Positions 1-14,094 of a DNA stretch of 64,000 bases are shown here, piece after piece (position 1 is the stretch's first letter; every line of letters begins with the position of its first letter). The position numbers and the translations under genes were made by a program. The stretch is from NCBI GenBank assembly GCA_951406725.2, contig OX597815.1, positions 19,282,001-19,346,000 of the forward strand. Reading direction: 5' to 3'. Source of the stretch: Octopus vulgaris (Eukaryota). Under the pieces are notes generated by a model that did no database searches, was not told the DNA's origin, and worked only from the letters and a program-made list of their open reading frames with translations.

Positions 1-1297
1 ACAAAAGAAGAACTATATTAAACACCTTCTAGTGATGCTTGCAGTTTGAGGTTTGATTACTAGTTGGAGATATTCAATTTCACGTTCGTACTTAATAACT
101 CTAAGGAAACACATGAGTTAAATTCTCTGAAAATCTGATGCTCACAGAATGATTATCAGATTTCCATAAACTCTGTAGAATGAAATGCTCTGACAAGAAA
201 CAAACAAAAAACAATCACATTTAATAACTCACTGCATGATCAAGAGAACAGATTTTAGATGTAATTGTGGATGCATGGTATATTTAGACCAATTATCTCT
301 AGACTGTACCTCATCGTTCGACATAGATAGTGTCTAGTGCAGTCTACTCCTTCAGCTCCGACCATAGACTTGGCTAAAAATGGAATCTGTAATTCCAGAG
401 AAGCGGCAACTGTGGTGATGGCAAAAGAAAAAAAGATCGCGATTTGAGGGCTGGTGAAATGCTGTATGTATTGATAAAACAACGAATGTAGGAATGTATC
501 TTCATTGAACAAATAGGACATGAGATTAAGAAGTAAATGTACTTTTCGAAAGGAAAAAATTTTTAAAAAATGTTTCGGACTTTATCGAGCATCATTGGAT
601 AAAAAAAGAAACACATAACCCAATCCACAATAATTCTGGACCAGTTTTACTGTTTTATCTTTGTTACACTCAGAATAAATCTTATAACCGACTGTCAATG
701 TCTATTATTATTTATCGTGTGAGATAAACCTGTGAAATAAGAGTCGTCTGTAAAATCAATATTTTATTTTTGCTCTCCAATGGTAGTTTACTCCAGATTA
801 TGTTTTTTTTTAGCTTAGACTTTAATTCGTTTTTAATATAGAGCGATGTGCGAGCAGGGATGATACCGCGCCAGACTAAATACTTCGTATTAAATATTTA
901 CATATATTTACAGTCTGAGTTCAAATCTCGGCAAAGCTAACTTTTTCTTTCATCCTTTTGAGATCGATAAACTATTATCAGGCATATATTAAGGTCGAAT
1001 GAATTAACTATATTCCGCTTCTACGAATTTATGGCCTTCTGCCAAGGTGAAAAATCGATATTAGTGAAGGTATATGTAGTGTCAAAATCGTACGTTATCG
1101 CCTTGTTGCAGTACTTAGTTTCCTCTCATCTAACGTTATGAGTTCAAATTCCACTATGGTCTTACTTGTTTCTTAACCTTCGACAAAAAGTATTATTATC
1201 AAAGCCGTCCCAAACGTGATTGTCAACCTTTCTTTAGAATTCAGTACATTCCTGATATATTATTCAACCTGTCTTCGGTTTTTATTATTATTATAAT

Positions 1298-1512
1298 TAA
1301 GACGTTGAGCTGACTGAATTGTAAAGGGCATTGGAAGAAATGTCTTACGTCATTTTTTTCGGCTCAGTCCATTCTGAGTTCAAATATCGACTAGGTAACT
1401 TTGATGAATTACGCTTTCGGCATCAATAAAAGAAATACCAATCAACTTTTTGGTGTATTTGAGTAACCCACTTTCCTTCATATTGTTTGCCTTGAGTCAA
1501 AATTTGAAATCA
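1298..1512 (+). mobile_element. SINE family B, degenerate copy
   Basis: GAGCTGACTGAATTG...TTCTGAGTTCAAAT...AAATTTGAAA matches the well-preserved copy at 14581-14810. It is preceded by (TTA)n. Further degenerate copies lie at ~840-1060, ~1120-1190 and ~2890-3050. Confidence 0.65.
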
Positions 1513-1748
1513 TTTATATGTACAAGGTGGGATTTAAGAGCGGTTTTACTGCTAATTCTTGTAACTTGAGTTCTTTTGCTGACTTAAACGATGATTAATA
1601 GTACAAAAGGTTTTCCACCTTAAAGTATTCCTCTAATAATTAAAAACGTGCACTCGTAACGAGTAAGATATAGACATGTACGCCACAGATTCAATATAAC
1701 CAAATGGAGGCAAATTTGAACAGAAGAGACCAAACAGAATAAATAAAC

Positions 1749-2676
1749 GGATCTTTTCCATTTCATGGACAGCTCGATTAATTAATTTTATTTAACTAAA
1801 CATTTTGAAACTTCGTATACTAGTAAACTGTGTCATATAGAACATATTTTACTCTTACCGTTGTTGAGAAAAGTTTCTATTTACGAAATTATTTCGTGTT
1901 AAAGTTGTCGTATTTGGGTAATTTCAACCAATCAATGAATAAAATTACTGCTGTTGTTTGTCAACAACTATCGGCAACTGTCACTGTTACTTATGACATC
2001 GTTCGTACGTTTGTACTGGTTTTAGCTTTAGGGTTAGTGTTTTAAGGTCAGGGTTAGGGGTTTATGGTTAGGGTTAGAGTTGGGGTTTCAGTGTTAGGGT
2101 TACGGAAAAAGTGAAAATTGAAGAAATTGGAGAGGTGGGGGGCAAAAAATTCAAAATTTCGATTTTTGGTAATTTTCGGAATCTCCGTAACCGAAAAGCT
2201 GGAGGTTTTAGCAAAAACTTTTTTTAAAGCAATAATTTGCCAAAAAATGGGGGTGGAAGTCTTTCCGAAAATAGTAGCCGAAAAACAGGGAAAAAAACCC
2301 TAAAAGCAGTAGAAATGCACGAACGATGATGGTGGTGTCATGAAGTAAACGTGCTTCAGATACACTCGTTTATTCATATGAATGTAGCTTAGATGAAATA
2401 TGTTATAAATAACAGGGACAAACGAAATATACACCGCCGGAATGAGACAACGAACGGCAGTAACTTTATTCAGCTCAATAGATGTCATTGATTGGTTGAA
2501 ATTGCCCAAATACGACAAATTTAACACGAAATAACTTCGAAAATACAAACTTTTCTCAACAACGCTAAGAGTAAAAGATGTTCTATATGACACATTCAAC
2601 CAGTATCCGAAGTTTGAAAGTGTTTAACTTTAAAAAAAATTAATTAATCGACCTGCCGATCAAAAGGAAAACATCC
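1749..2676. mobile_element. Non-autonomous long-TIR DNA transposon (MITE), Merlin- or MULE-like
   Basis: Imperfect ~215-230 bp TIRs at 1749-~1962 and ~2445-2676, with termini GGATCTTTTCC...GGAAAACATCC. ORFs 1830+ and 2300- translate almost identically because of the TIRs. 8-bp TSD AAATAAAC at 1741-1748 and 2677-2684. A paralogous empty site lies at ~5765-5888. Confidence 0.88.
2028..2105 (+). repeat. Degenerate telomere-like (TTAGGG)n tract inside the MITE
   Basis: Exact TTAGGG at 2028, 2054, 2068 and 2094, plus variants TTAGTG, TCAGGG, TTATGG, TTAGAG, TTGGGG, TTACGG. Confidence 0.8.
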
Positions 2677-3301
2677 AAATAAACAAAAATATAAACCTTT
2701 GAATTTAAATACATCCAATGTTAAACTCTAACTATTAAGCTGCGTGACTGAATTAAATAAGTATTAAAATAAGTAACAGCAGTCCACTGCGGTCTGTTAA
2801 AATTACTCTAGAACTTTTCAAATAAATTTTATCCATTAATGTACTAGATTCATCACAAGGACATTCTAATTACCCTATAGTGTTTGGGTACATCACTAAA
2901 AATGCCCTGAGTCGAAATTCCTTTGGGGTAAACTTCTATCCTACTATTCGAGGTCGTTAGAATAAAATACAAAGCATTTACTGTGAATCGATTATGACTT
3001 TCCACGAAAAATCTGTGGCCTCGTGTTCATGTTATAAATCAATAATAATATCAGCAATTGTTACTTGTTATGAATCAGTAAATATTCGTTGTTTATATAA
3101 GCACAAGGTTACTAATTTTTTATGTGTTTGTGTGGGGGAAGATGGAGCAATTGATTATATCGACGATTGGTACTGTATATAAAAAGGTAATAACTAAATA
3201 TTGAGTGTTATTCGTTAGTACGTCTTGCCTATATGCTAATATACACTTATACACAGACACATGTATGTACACATGCATATATGTCCACACACGTACACAT
3301 A

Positions 3302-3348
<47 letters not shown>

Positions 3349-4400
3349 TACATATGTGGGAAATTCTATCTGTGGATGTGTTCGTGGAGTTGATAGCTAA
3401 CTCCTACATCATTTTATCGAATTTGATGAAACTTGATACCTGAGTAGAACTCATGTCTGGAAACCTCATGACATACTCAGATTGTTGAAAAATCGATAAT
3501 AGAGCCCCTGGAAGGGATCCTTATATATAACCAAGGGAAATAATCCATTCATTCTCCTAAATTATTTAGTAAAAATGAGATTGAGTGCGCTTATTTGTTA
3601 GTACTTGAACTGTTAAATATATTTTCGCTATTTATCCAGTATAACGCTTATAAAAGTAAATAGTATTTTCCTAAACAATAGATCCACTTATTTCGGTTAG
3701 TGACTTATTCACGGATATACTATTACTAGCACCCCTTAGGGTAATAATATTCTCTGGTAATGCACGAAAGCCTTTTTCAGTGTTATTTACTTTGAATTGG
3801 TACTATATATTATCTGATTAGCCTGTTATATATATATATATGTATATATATTTGCTATTTCTAGTTTTCCTAGAGCACAGACAGATTTTAATGCTTGTGT
3901 GTCCCCAGGAAAGACGAAAATCATAGCAAGTTATATAACGGGTAAAGGGGTAGAAATTTCATCAAGCATGTGATGAAGTTAAGATGGGAGGAAGGGATGG
4001 GTGTCTAGTTGCAGGTATCTGTTTCTAGAGTGCCATTGGTTAGAGGTAAGTGTCGTGAGTTCGTATATGTTTAATATTTGGTGGGCTATTTGAAATTACG
4101 TATATGAAGAGGTGAGAGTCCGTATTTAATGTAAGGGGATAAGGCAATGATGAAGTAGACGTGATGGTAAAAGCAAATTAAAGTCTTATTGATGTGCAAA
4201 CAAGTATAAAAGAAAATTAGTTATGGACATGAACACGTTTTTGACAATGAGAGAAACCTTAGTTTTAAACAAAACATCTGCACCTATATTCGTATGTATG
4301 TTATGTATAACCAAACATAAATACATTTTGGCCTTAACTAAAAAAAAAGCACTAAATATGTATATGTCGATCATAAAATATCTTTTATGTGATACATACT

Positions 4401-4439
<39 letters not shown>

Positions 4440-5240
4440 TCAAAATACAGTCATAAATACATACATACATATATACATACTCTCGCATACACAGACACAC
4501 AGACACTTACATAGTGAATGAGCTAAGTAATTACTAGGATTTAGGACTTTGTATGTCAAAATATATTAAACTCGTTTTGATACAGGGAGCAATGACTAGC
4601 CATCTGATATTTCTCGGACGACGTGTTTATCACTCGCTGGATGACAGCATCAATGATTACCGCAATTTCTTCTCAATCTTTGTACTGTAAACCTATAAGG
4701 ATATATAGATATAAATATATTAGAGTTTATCTAATGATCCTACACTGACACCACAGTTTTTGTCAAAGTATTGATCATGTTTGTTTTATAAAGATCTTGT
4801 ATGCATATGAAAAAAATATATATAAATATATAGCGACAAACAAACCATGCGATGAAACAAGACTTCTAATGTAATGAGTAAATATTTGTTCACGAGAAAC
4901 GTTTCTGACCATTAGATAATATAGTTACAGCTACCTTTTGACATTTCACATTGTGCAGACTACTCGATTCTTTGCAATACAACTGTCATTTTATACACAA
5001 AACTGGCATTTGATATAGAAAACCAATAGTAGAACGTAATTTGTATTAATCACATCAGTAATAATATTGGTGACTGAGAGATAAGAATTATATCATGTAT
5101 TTTATAACAAAACATGTTACAATGTTAATTGAATAGAGTAGAACAATAATCACAAGCAACGTTTATATTATATACGATTAACGGATATATGTTTACTTGA
5201 AAAGTACATATTTCTTTAAGAAACAACAGGACGTAGATAA

Positions 5241-5408
<168 letters not shown>

Positions 5409-5442
5409 AATAATCCTTTCTACTATAGTTACAAGACATGAA

Positions 5443-6342
5443 ATTTCATAGGAAGGAGTGAATCGATTACTTGGACCCCAGTGAACAACTGGTATTATTT
5501 TAAAGACCCCCCCACACACAAAAAAAGAACGAAAGGTGAAGTCCACTTAGGCGGAATTTTACCTCAGTTCTATCAGATTGCCACCTTTGTTGTAATAACA
5601 ATTGTTATTATAATGGCACACAGAAAAGCTAAAAGCTAATAAAATCTACGAACCCAAAAGCAAATTTAAACAAATCATATTGGCAGTGATGCAGTCTTGA
5701 CCCCCAGTAAGTGTACTTATTAATGTTTTTCCGGTTTATGTGGACAAAATATAGCACACAGCAATTAAAAACGTGCACTCGTAACAAGTAAGACACGGTC
5801 ATATAAGCCACAGATTCAGTATAACCAGTTGGAGGCAAATTTGAACTGAAAAGACCAGACACAATAAATAAACAAATAAATAAACCTTAGAAAATCCATC
5901 TCCTTCTGATTGATGTATATAAGATAAATACTAATTACTAAAATAAGGAGGGGTCTGATACAAACATATTACAATAAATGAACCATAGTAGGACTAAAGA
6001 GCTACATGAAGCAGCTGTGATCGTCCATTTCATAGCAAGGAGTGAATCGATTACTTGGACCCCAGTGCACAACTGATACTATTTTTAAGACACTCCCTCA
6101 AAGAAAAAAGGTGAAGTCCACTTAGGCGGAATTTGAACTCAAAACGTAAATACGGCTAACGGTTCTGTCGGATTGCCACCTTAGTTATAATAACAATTAT
6201 TACTATTATGGCACACAGAAAAACTAAAAGCTAATAAAATCTACGAACACAAAAGCAAATTTAAACAAATCATATTGACAGTGATGCAGTCTTGACCCCC
6301 AGTAAGTGTACTTATTAATGTTTTTCCGGTTTATGTGGACAA
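5443..6342 (+). repeat. Local direct duplication of ~305 bp (5443-5747 and 6027-6342), each copy containing a minus-strand SINE-B fragment
   Basis: Both copies run from ATTTCATAG-AAGGAGTGAATCGATTACTTGGACCCCAGTG to TTTTTCCGGTTTATGTGGACAA, with a near-identical 3' half. Confidence 0.92.
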
Positions 6343-6943
6343 TAAAAGCCATGTCTGTAGATGGCCGATGAGACCGATTTTTAGGACATATGAGGCCAAC
6401 GATTTCATAAAAAGATTATGACAATGTAAGCACAACGGGTCTATAGAAATACTTAAAAGCATGTGGATCTAAGACTCATTCGTGTACTACAGCCAAATGA
6501 CCTTTAAACCAAGATCTTTAAAGCAAAGAAAGCTAATGTAAAAATAAATAAATCAATATTGTATTTATACATTAAAAAATGCGCTATTGGTTCTTTCGTT
6601 TGTTTCAGAAATTAGAGCTAAGGTCATACTGGAGCACGTATGGAAAATGAAGAATTCAAAGCATATGTTGAATATAGAAGCAAGGCGACATACTTGATGC
6701 AATGTAAACAAATCCAGTGATAAAGTTCAACATTTGCATTTCAAGTTGCTACTATTGTTTTCTTTTTTAAACCTAACTGATAATCAAAGGTGTTCCAATC
6801 ATGACCATCTAGTTTTAGTCTCAGGCGTTTCGTATCTAAGACTAAATTATAAATGTTGATTGTGATTTGAATGATATTAGGCTCTTGATACTCGTACGTT
6901 GATCGACAACGTAGAGTCTATCTTGTGTGCTTCTATGTATATA

Positions 6944-7352
6944 CTCTTTACTCTTTTACTCTTTTACTTGTTTCAGTTATTTTGACTGCGGCCATGCTGG
7001 AGCACCGCCTTTAATCGAGCAACTCGACCCCGGGACTTATTCTTTTGTAAGCCCAGTACTTATTCTATCGGTCTCCTTTGCCGAACCGCTAAGTAACGGG
7101 GACATAAACACACCAGCATCGGTTGTCAAGCAATGCTAGGGGAACAAACACAGACACACAAACACACACACGCATATATATATACATATATACGACGGGC
7201 TTCTTTCAGTTTCCGTCTACCAAATCCACTCACAAGGCATTGGTCGGCCCGGGGCTATAGTAGAAGACACTTACCCAAGACGTCACGCAATGGGACTGAA
7301 CCCGGAACCATGTGGTTGGTTAGCAAGCGACTTACCACACAGCCACTCCTGC
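6944..7352 (-). mobile_element. tRNA-derived SINE family A, full length
   Basis: Minus-strand head has A-box-like TGGCTGTGTGGT and B-box-like GGTTCAGTCCC, followed by an internal (TA)(TG) tract and a (GTAAAAGA)n-like tail. 8-bp TSD TGTATATA at 6936-6943 and 7353-7360. Near-identical to the copies at 17095 and 48146. Confidence 0.92.
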
Positions 7353-9068
7353 TGTATATATCAAGTTTTGAAGTATTAGAAAAGTCTTTAGCAGAAACTA
7401 AAACAACCAAATGAATAGTGAAGGAAATCGAACTGGCACCAGTGAAAATTTCAGATGACATAAGCACTTGTGATGAATGAATGTAGTCAGAATAGAGAGA
7501 AATCTCTGCTGGAAGTTTCCTTTCATCACAATAGCAGGCGTTTCTCATTTCAAAAGCAGTTTTATTATTTGCTGCAACGGGGGAAAATGTTAGAAGTGAT
7601 GTTTTAGGAAATATAGATTTTCTTTGATCTCTACTTCCTATAATAGTAACACTTTCAGTGTCTTTGATTTGTCATAATATATATGACAGATAGTAATTAT
7701 TATTAGATTGATAAGTTGTTACAATTTGTTTTAAGTGGGAAGGTTTAAATTATTAAACATCACATACGTCTGACAGACAAATCAAAAATAGCTCTCGTTT
7801 AATATGTTTCTGAATTATAAATAAGGCAGAAGACTTTGTAAAAATATCTTTAACTCTCTAAAGTTATATCTGTAAAATTATCGAATAATTAATGAATAGA
7901 TATAGGCCTTAATTGCATAGCGAATATGTATAGAGACTGATGGAAATTAGCTGAGGTATCACACACAATTAGGCAGATATATGAGAGACGAAACAACTAA
8001 GTCACAGCCATCATACTTAATGAGACGATATAACTAATTAATAATACTTATACGGTAAGAAGTTCTGTTCGGATGACACTTCTTCAACGAAGCAAGCCTT
8101 CGTCATGCCTTCCCTTAAACATACTGGATAATATTAAGGGTTTATAAATTATAGGTATATTAATAAAAATTATTTTATTGCTTTTTTAAATTGGGAATTA
8201 AAATGGGATTTACGTTTGTGATTTATAATAATTTTTAGGTTTATGAGATTGAAACTTTTGGGAGTTACACGTAAACATCGTTGTGCATTAATGTATGGAT
8301 TTGTATGCAGAACAATGCTTCGCTTCTCTGGTGACTTGTTACAGGAAACAAAATAAGACAAAATAAAAATACTAGAGTTGCCATCGGTACGTGACAAATT
8401 CAGATTGAAAAATAATAGTATTAGGACTAATAACCATTATGCCTAATTACCACATAAGTAAAATTAAGTAATTAATTAGAATTTTTTCCTCATTTATATT
8501 ATGCATAGCGGCTAGAGTTTCATTATGTAATATTTTACTTAGCATGATTTTACAGAAGACTGTTTTCAGCAAAATTATATTATATAAGTGTGCAAGTATG
8601 AAGTTAAACTTCAACGATGTTGTATATGTTCCATCTTTTCAAATGTAAAGTATAGAATAACGTTCAGGTTCTCGCGAATATATCTTATTTTAAGACATTT
8701 ATATCATATTGTAAAAATCTACTAATGTAAATCTCACGTTTTGAAATTCATATGCAAAACAATGTATATGTATATATGTATATAAAGTATAATAAATAAC
8801 AAAATGGATATATGTATTTAATTTTTAATATTTTATTTCACATGACTGGATTTTAGTTTTAATGTTATTCACGCCAATTTTCAGATGTTAGACGTTCATG
8901 ATTCTAAGCCGTATTCTCTGATTTTAAAAAGTGCGAGGCACAATCAATACGCGATTAAACCTTTACAAGTATATAACTGGTACTTAATTTTGTCAAGCGT
9001 ACAAGGACGACCACTGAAGTTTACCTCCATGAACTCAGAGCCCTTCAATAATGATGCTACAAAAATCA

Positions 9069-9135
<67 letters not shown>

Positions 9136-9881
9136 CATATATCCTGATTTTTGTGGCATTAATATATATATATATATGTATGTAAATGTATATGTATATA
9201 CACAGAGTTATATATGTGTGTATGTATATATATTTATATTTCCCTCTATATATATGCATATATGTGTATATATACATGTGTGTGGGTGCCTGTGTGTGCG
9301 TATGTGTTTGTGCATGCATGTACGTATATGTATGTAAATGAACAAAATATTCTTTTGATCTATTCTATTATTAATCGTGAATCATGAATTCTTTAAGTAT
9401 CGTCAATAAAGATAATGGACTTTTGACTTTGGATTATTAGTTACGGGTGAGTGAATGGACACAGATCGTGAGAGTCTCCACTGTTCAGTAATAGCGCGAT
9501 TCACAATGGGTAAAGTGAGAGTACTCTAGATAGTGGGTTTGCTTTTGTTCCTTTACGCATATTCCATCTTATCAAACACATTTACGATTGAATAGTCTAA
9601 CACAAGACACAACTTCACATATTGGGAATGGCTTCTGACGATGCTAAATGTTCCTATATTACTCATCATAAAACTGCCCGTACATATGCAAAAATCGACT
9701 TGTGTAACAATATCAGATATATATATATATATGAATTTTTTGCGTATATACACACGATGACTTAGAACCAACGTTGAACCCTTTATTCGCAATATTACCG
9801 AATCTGGAACTTAACTATGGTCTGTCTATAGAATTTATTCAGCATTACCTGACACCTTTGGGTCTCAATGATACCATTATC

Positions 9882-9924
<43 letters not shown>

Positions 9925-10119
9925 AATGTATATATATATATGTATGAATGTATATATATATATATATATGTATGTATGTACGTATGTACGTATGTATGTA
10001 TGTATATATATACATATATAGGTATGTATATATACATATATATATTTATATATAGCATTCTATTTATCTATCTAACTATACACACACACACATATATATA
10101 TGTTAATTGTTGAAATATT

Positions 10120-10425
10120 GCATCGTATACACATTGCAGTTTGCCGGTAAAGCACGTTCAGTGGTTTGAGATGGTGCTTAAGATTCCTGTAGTATTGCGC
10201 CAAATTTTGAAATATTACAGAATATTTTAGCAGGACCTCGCATCGGTGAAGCTGTCAGATGTCATAAGCATCGTGATGAATAAATGTAGTCAGAATAGAA
10301 AGAAATCTCTGCTGGACGGTTATCAGGCGTTTGCCATTTCGATATTAGATGAGTCGAAACAATTGTAGTGATGAATAAACATTCTCATATCTTCCATCTT
10401 CCAGTACTCCAGGTTATCAGACAGC
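10120..10425 (+). mobile_element. Penelope-like element 3' remnant with a decayed hammerhead
   Basis: Translates to NFEILQ...RIGEAV, reminiscent of a GIY-YIG C-terminus. This is followed by TAGATGAGTCGAAACAATTGTA (palindromic ACAATTGT) and AATAAA. A related copy lies at 7363-7551. Confidence 0.4.
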
Positions 10426-10654
10426 GCAATAATTAAATTTAACGTGATTAATCCATGAAATACTAGTGTGGAATGTATGATAGAAATCAATTAAAATCCA
10501 AGATATGTCAGTGGGTAATAAGATTTATTTCCGTATGGTTAAAGCTATTTCATAATTCACTTGCAGCTACTGAGAGCGTACCATGGAACGGCTGTAACCA
10601 TACGAATTTAGTCCTTGCCTTTCACTACTTATGGATTATATATATATATTAAAA

Positions 10655-10947
10655 TATTCGGCTCACTATCATAAGGTTGGGCATTCGATTCTCGGCGGCG
10701 TCTTCTGTCTTACAGTAAGACATTTTATTTTACGTTGCTCAAGTCCCCTGGCAAAAAATTAGTAGAACCTGTATTTCAACGTGCCAGCCTTGTCACATTC
10801 TGTGTCACGCTAATTCTCCCTGGAAAATACATTAAAGGTGCGTGTTGTCTGTGGAGTACTCCACCACATGCAAGTTAATTTCAAGAGTAGGCTATTTTGT
10901 CGATGGGATCAACTGAAATACGCGTTGTCGCAACCAACAAAGTACCA
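10655..10947 (+). mobile_element. SINE family C
   Basis: Decayed B-box (CATTCGATTC). The body GCCAGCCTTGTCACA...AAGGTGCGTG..TCTGTGGAGT is shared with a fragment at ~45760-45825. Confidence 0.65.
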
Positions 10948-10949
10948 GT

Positions 10950-11300
10950 TATATTAAAATCTTATTTCCTTCTGGGAGAATGAGCTTTATGATTGTGACC
11001 TTTAGAAGCCCTTGAAAGTAAAGGAAAGCTGGAGGAACACAGGAAGCTACGTTTGTAGTAAATTTACCATTACAGAAGCCGTACTGGTGGTTTTGTAAGA
11101 AAGGGAGAGTGTTTTTAGAATTGATTGCCTTCATCACCTTCAGGATAGAGGAGTAGGCCCTGCTAGGACCTCGATACACTATAGCGTATTATCAATTGTT
11201 TATAAACCAAGATATAAAGAGAGAAGCGAGAAGGAGATAGAAAATTGGGTAAGAGAAGTGGCTTGCGCTGGGGTACAGTGTGATATTGTAGGAGCATTAT
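10950..11300 (-). pseudogene. Degenerate non-LTR (CR1/L2/Jockey-type) reverse-transcriptase fragment
   Basis: ORF 10949..11179 (YRGPSRAYSSILKVMKAINSK..FLQNHQYGFCNGKFT) resembles the LINE RT motif YRPISL.S.L.KVME.IIN....L...QYGFR.GRST. Confidence 0.55.
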
Positions 11301-11423
11301 TAGTTAGTTTGAGTGGTTTGAAGTGACCGATCAAGGCAGTTTCACACTGGTGTGTATGTATATGAGCGCACTGTAGTGAATATGAACGGATCTAAGGTGA
11401 TACAAATAAATATGCATATGTAT

Positions 11424-11479
<56 letters not shown>

Positions 11480-11529
11480 GTACATACATATATATATACA
11501 TATATATATATATGTATATATATATGAAT

Positions 11530-11568
<39 letters not shown>

Positions 11569-11710
11569 TATTCAGACATATGTACATACATATATTACAC
11601 ACACACATACGCACACACACACTCACACACACATAGACACACACACACACTCACACTCACAAACACATATATATGAATAGATGTATATTATTGTGTATAT
11701 TTATGTTTAA

Positions 11711-11741
<31 letters not shown>

Positions 11742-13381
11742 TAACTCACATATATATATATAGATATTGATGTTATGTGTATGGTTCAAAATATGGTGCA
11801 AAACTCAATAACTTTCTTATAAAAAATAACAAAACAAACTCGTAGAAATTTGGATGTTCTCGTTTATCATTAAGAATCTTGATAGTCTGTTCTTTGCTGC
11901 ATTTTCCTACACCAGACATTTTCAACTCAAATATAATCATTTACAGAAATACTCAACCTTGAAAAATAAAAACATAATAATATAAAATACAAACGTTCTT
12001 ATATTCAATCTTCGCTGTATTTTCATTCACGAAAGCACTATTCTTGAATCTATTGTTCGCAGGTGAATTATAGATAACAAATAAAAAATGAATTTGCTGT
12101 AAATTAGGAGAGGGTTCTGGAGAATATAATGAAAGCGGAAGATTAAAGATAGTAAATCACATTGGAATAAGAATAATTTCTCTTTGAAAATGGTCGCAGT
12201 TTACGCAGTATTCCCTTCTAAATTCTCATTTTCTACTGAACATTTGTTGTTTTCTGGAACATTTCCAACCTAATTATTTGAACGGTGCCTCATCCTGGAA
12301 ATATCGAGGAGGACAAAAAAATTTAATAAATAGGATACCAGTTAAGAATAATTGATCACATTTAGGTATAAGAATTAGAGATGTTAAGTAGAAAAATTAT
12401 CTGAAAATTTAGTGGGATTTGGCAGCTTCTGGAGAAAATCTGCGTAGGATTTCTTTTCAGAAGCTTGAAAATTGCCCAAATTTTTCTAATTCTCCTCAGT
12501 TTTTTAGATTGTATATTATTTCTTATTTCACTTCTGTTTGAGTTGCTTTCTTTTCTTTTACATTCAGAGTCATTTATTGCTTATTATTATTAATAAATTT
12601 CTTATCTTTTTTTCTTTTGAGTAATTCAACTAGAAAAAAATTCTTAAGTAGGTTCTATATATAAAGCATACATTGTCTTAACAAGTATATGTTTAAATAC
12701 AGGCACACAGACACACACACACATATATTCACACATACATACATACACACACACGCACATAGGCAATATACTTATATATGTGTGTATGTAAGTATGTAAG
12801 TATGTATGTATTTATATATCAAGATGAGAAAGAATTAACCAAAAGATTATATATATACACACACATACATACATGCGTACATAAATATACATATGTATGT
12901 ATGTATGCATGTACGTATGTATGTATGTATGTATGTATGTATGTATGTATGTATGTATGTATGTGTGTGTGTATGTATGTATGTATGTGCGTATGTGTGT
13001 ATGTGGGGGGCATCTGTGAGACAGACAGGGAGAGAGTGAAAGTGGAAGACAGAATGTATTACTATTCTGTACACTTGCCAATAATATTAATTTAGTGCTA
13101 TGTGATTGTCTAACTTCTTCCATGGCTGAATGGACGATACCCATAATCAGATGAGTGAATTACTCAATTACTCAATGAAATATATGAAATGTATAATACA
13201 CGCAATATATGAACATAATTTGAGCCAAATTTTCGAGACTATTTTGATCAATAGAAATAATTCTCCCCTAATACAAAAAGTTACCTAATATAAATAGTAG
13301 CGTATTATTTCCAGTTCCTTTCTTTATGATTTTTTATGTCTACTCTGGTAATTAATAAATGAATTGTTGTTTTTCAAACAG

Positions 13382-13516
13382 ATGTTCTCTTTGGTTGCTT
13401 GTCCTTCAGTTAAATCTACTTTTCTACGACAACTAGTACACAAACTGCTATCTTAACTTAGTGATTTTCCCACTATTCCTACTATAAGTACCATGAATGT
13501 CTGTTTTGCTGATGAG
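13382..13516 (+). other. Candidate exon (UTR plus a possible start codon)
   Basis: Acceptor TTGTTTTTCAAACAG| and donor GAG|GTAAGA, 135 nt. All three frames contain a stop, but ACCATG at 13493 opens MNVCFADE up to the donor. Confidence 0.3.
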
Positions 13517-14054
13517 GTAAGAATCATCTCTAGATATGTCCAGAGTTGTCTTCTGTATTTGCGTAAATAATTAAAATAATACCAGGCTAGCGTTGTTCTT
13601 TCATTTAATAATTATTTGTAACTTGCATTTAGATTCACCCTGCATAAAATATACTGATAGCTTTACTGTGCCTCAAATGGAGGCCATTTGCAAATTTTAT
13701 TAACATACTTTGCTGTCGAACTGGCGTGAAAAAAGAAAGCGTGTGACTCCCAATAAATATCTTGAATGCCCATCTTTCGTTTGTCCACCCATTCATTAGA
13801 ACAATTGTTCCAGGGTCACTTGAGGGTTATCCACAAACGTATGACCAATAGTTTACAATGGAGAGACTACCATACCTGTACAACATCGGACTTCCTCCAA
13901 CTGATTTCGTATTTACGTTTCCAATGACTGACGATAAGCATCATCGGATGCTTTGAAACTAAGTATCACGGAATTTAAATCAAACTGTTTCGGTCCATAC
14001 CTGTAACTTCCAATAAATATGTTAAGTGTCTTTCTTTCGTTTGTCTACTCATTC

Positions 14055-14094
<40 letters not shown>

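Noticed and set aside
120-600. Possible very old Tc1/mariner-like C-terminal remnant
   Set aside because: No convincing catalytic motif or paired TIR is visible.
1830-2599. Two apparently paralogous small ORFs on opposite strands
   Set aside because: They are the two TIRs of the MITE.
3345-3730. Possible old Helitron (starts at a TA tract, ends in CTAG)
   Set aside because: No clear subterminal hairpin, and CTAG is not followed by T.
7290-7352. tRNA-like A/B boxes
   Set aside because: These are SINE heads, with no complete cloverleaf, and they continue into the SINE body.
9400-9870. Possible Penelope GIY-YIG remnant on the minus strand
   Set aside because: Only vague motif resemblance; cannot be supported without a search.
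13509-13530. CTGATGAG hammerhead-like core (also CTGATGA near 31211)
   Set aside because: No downstream stem II, GAAA or stem III.
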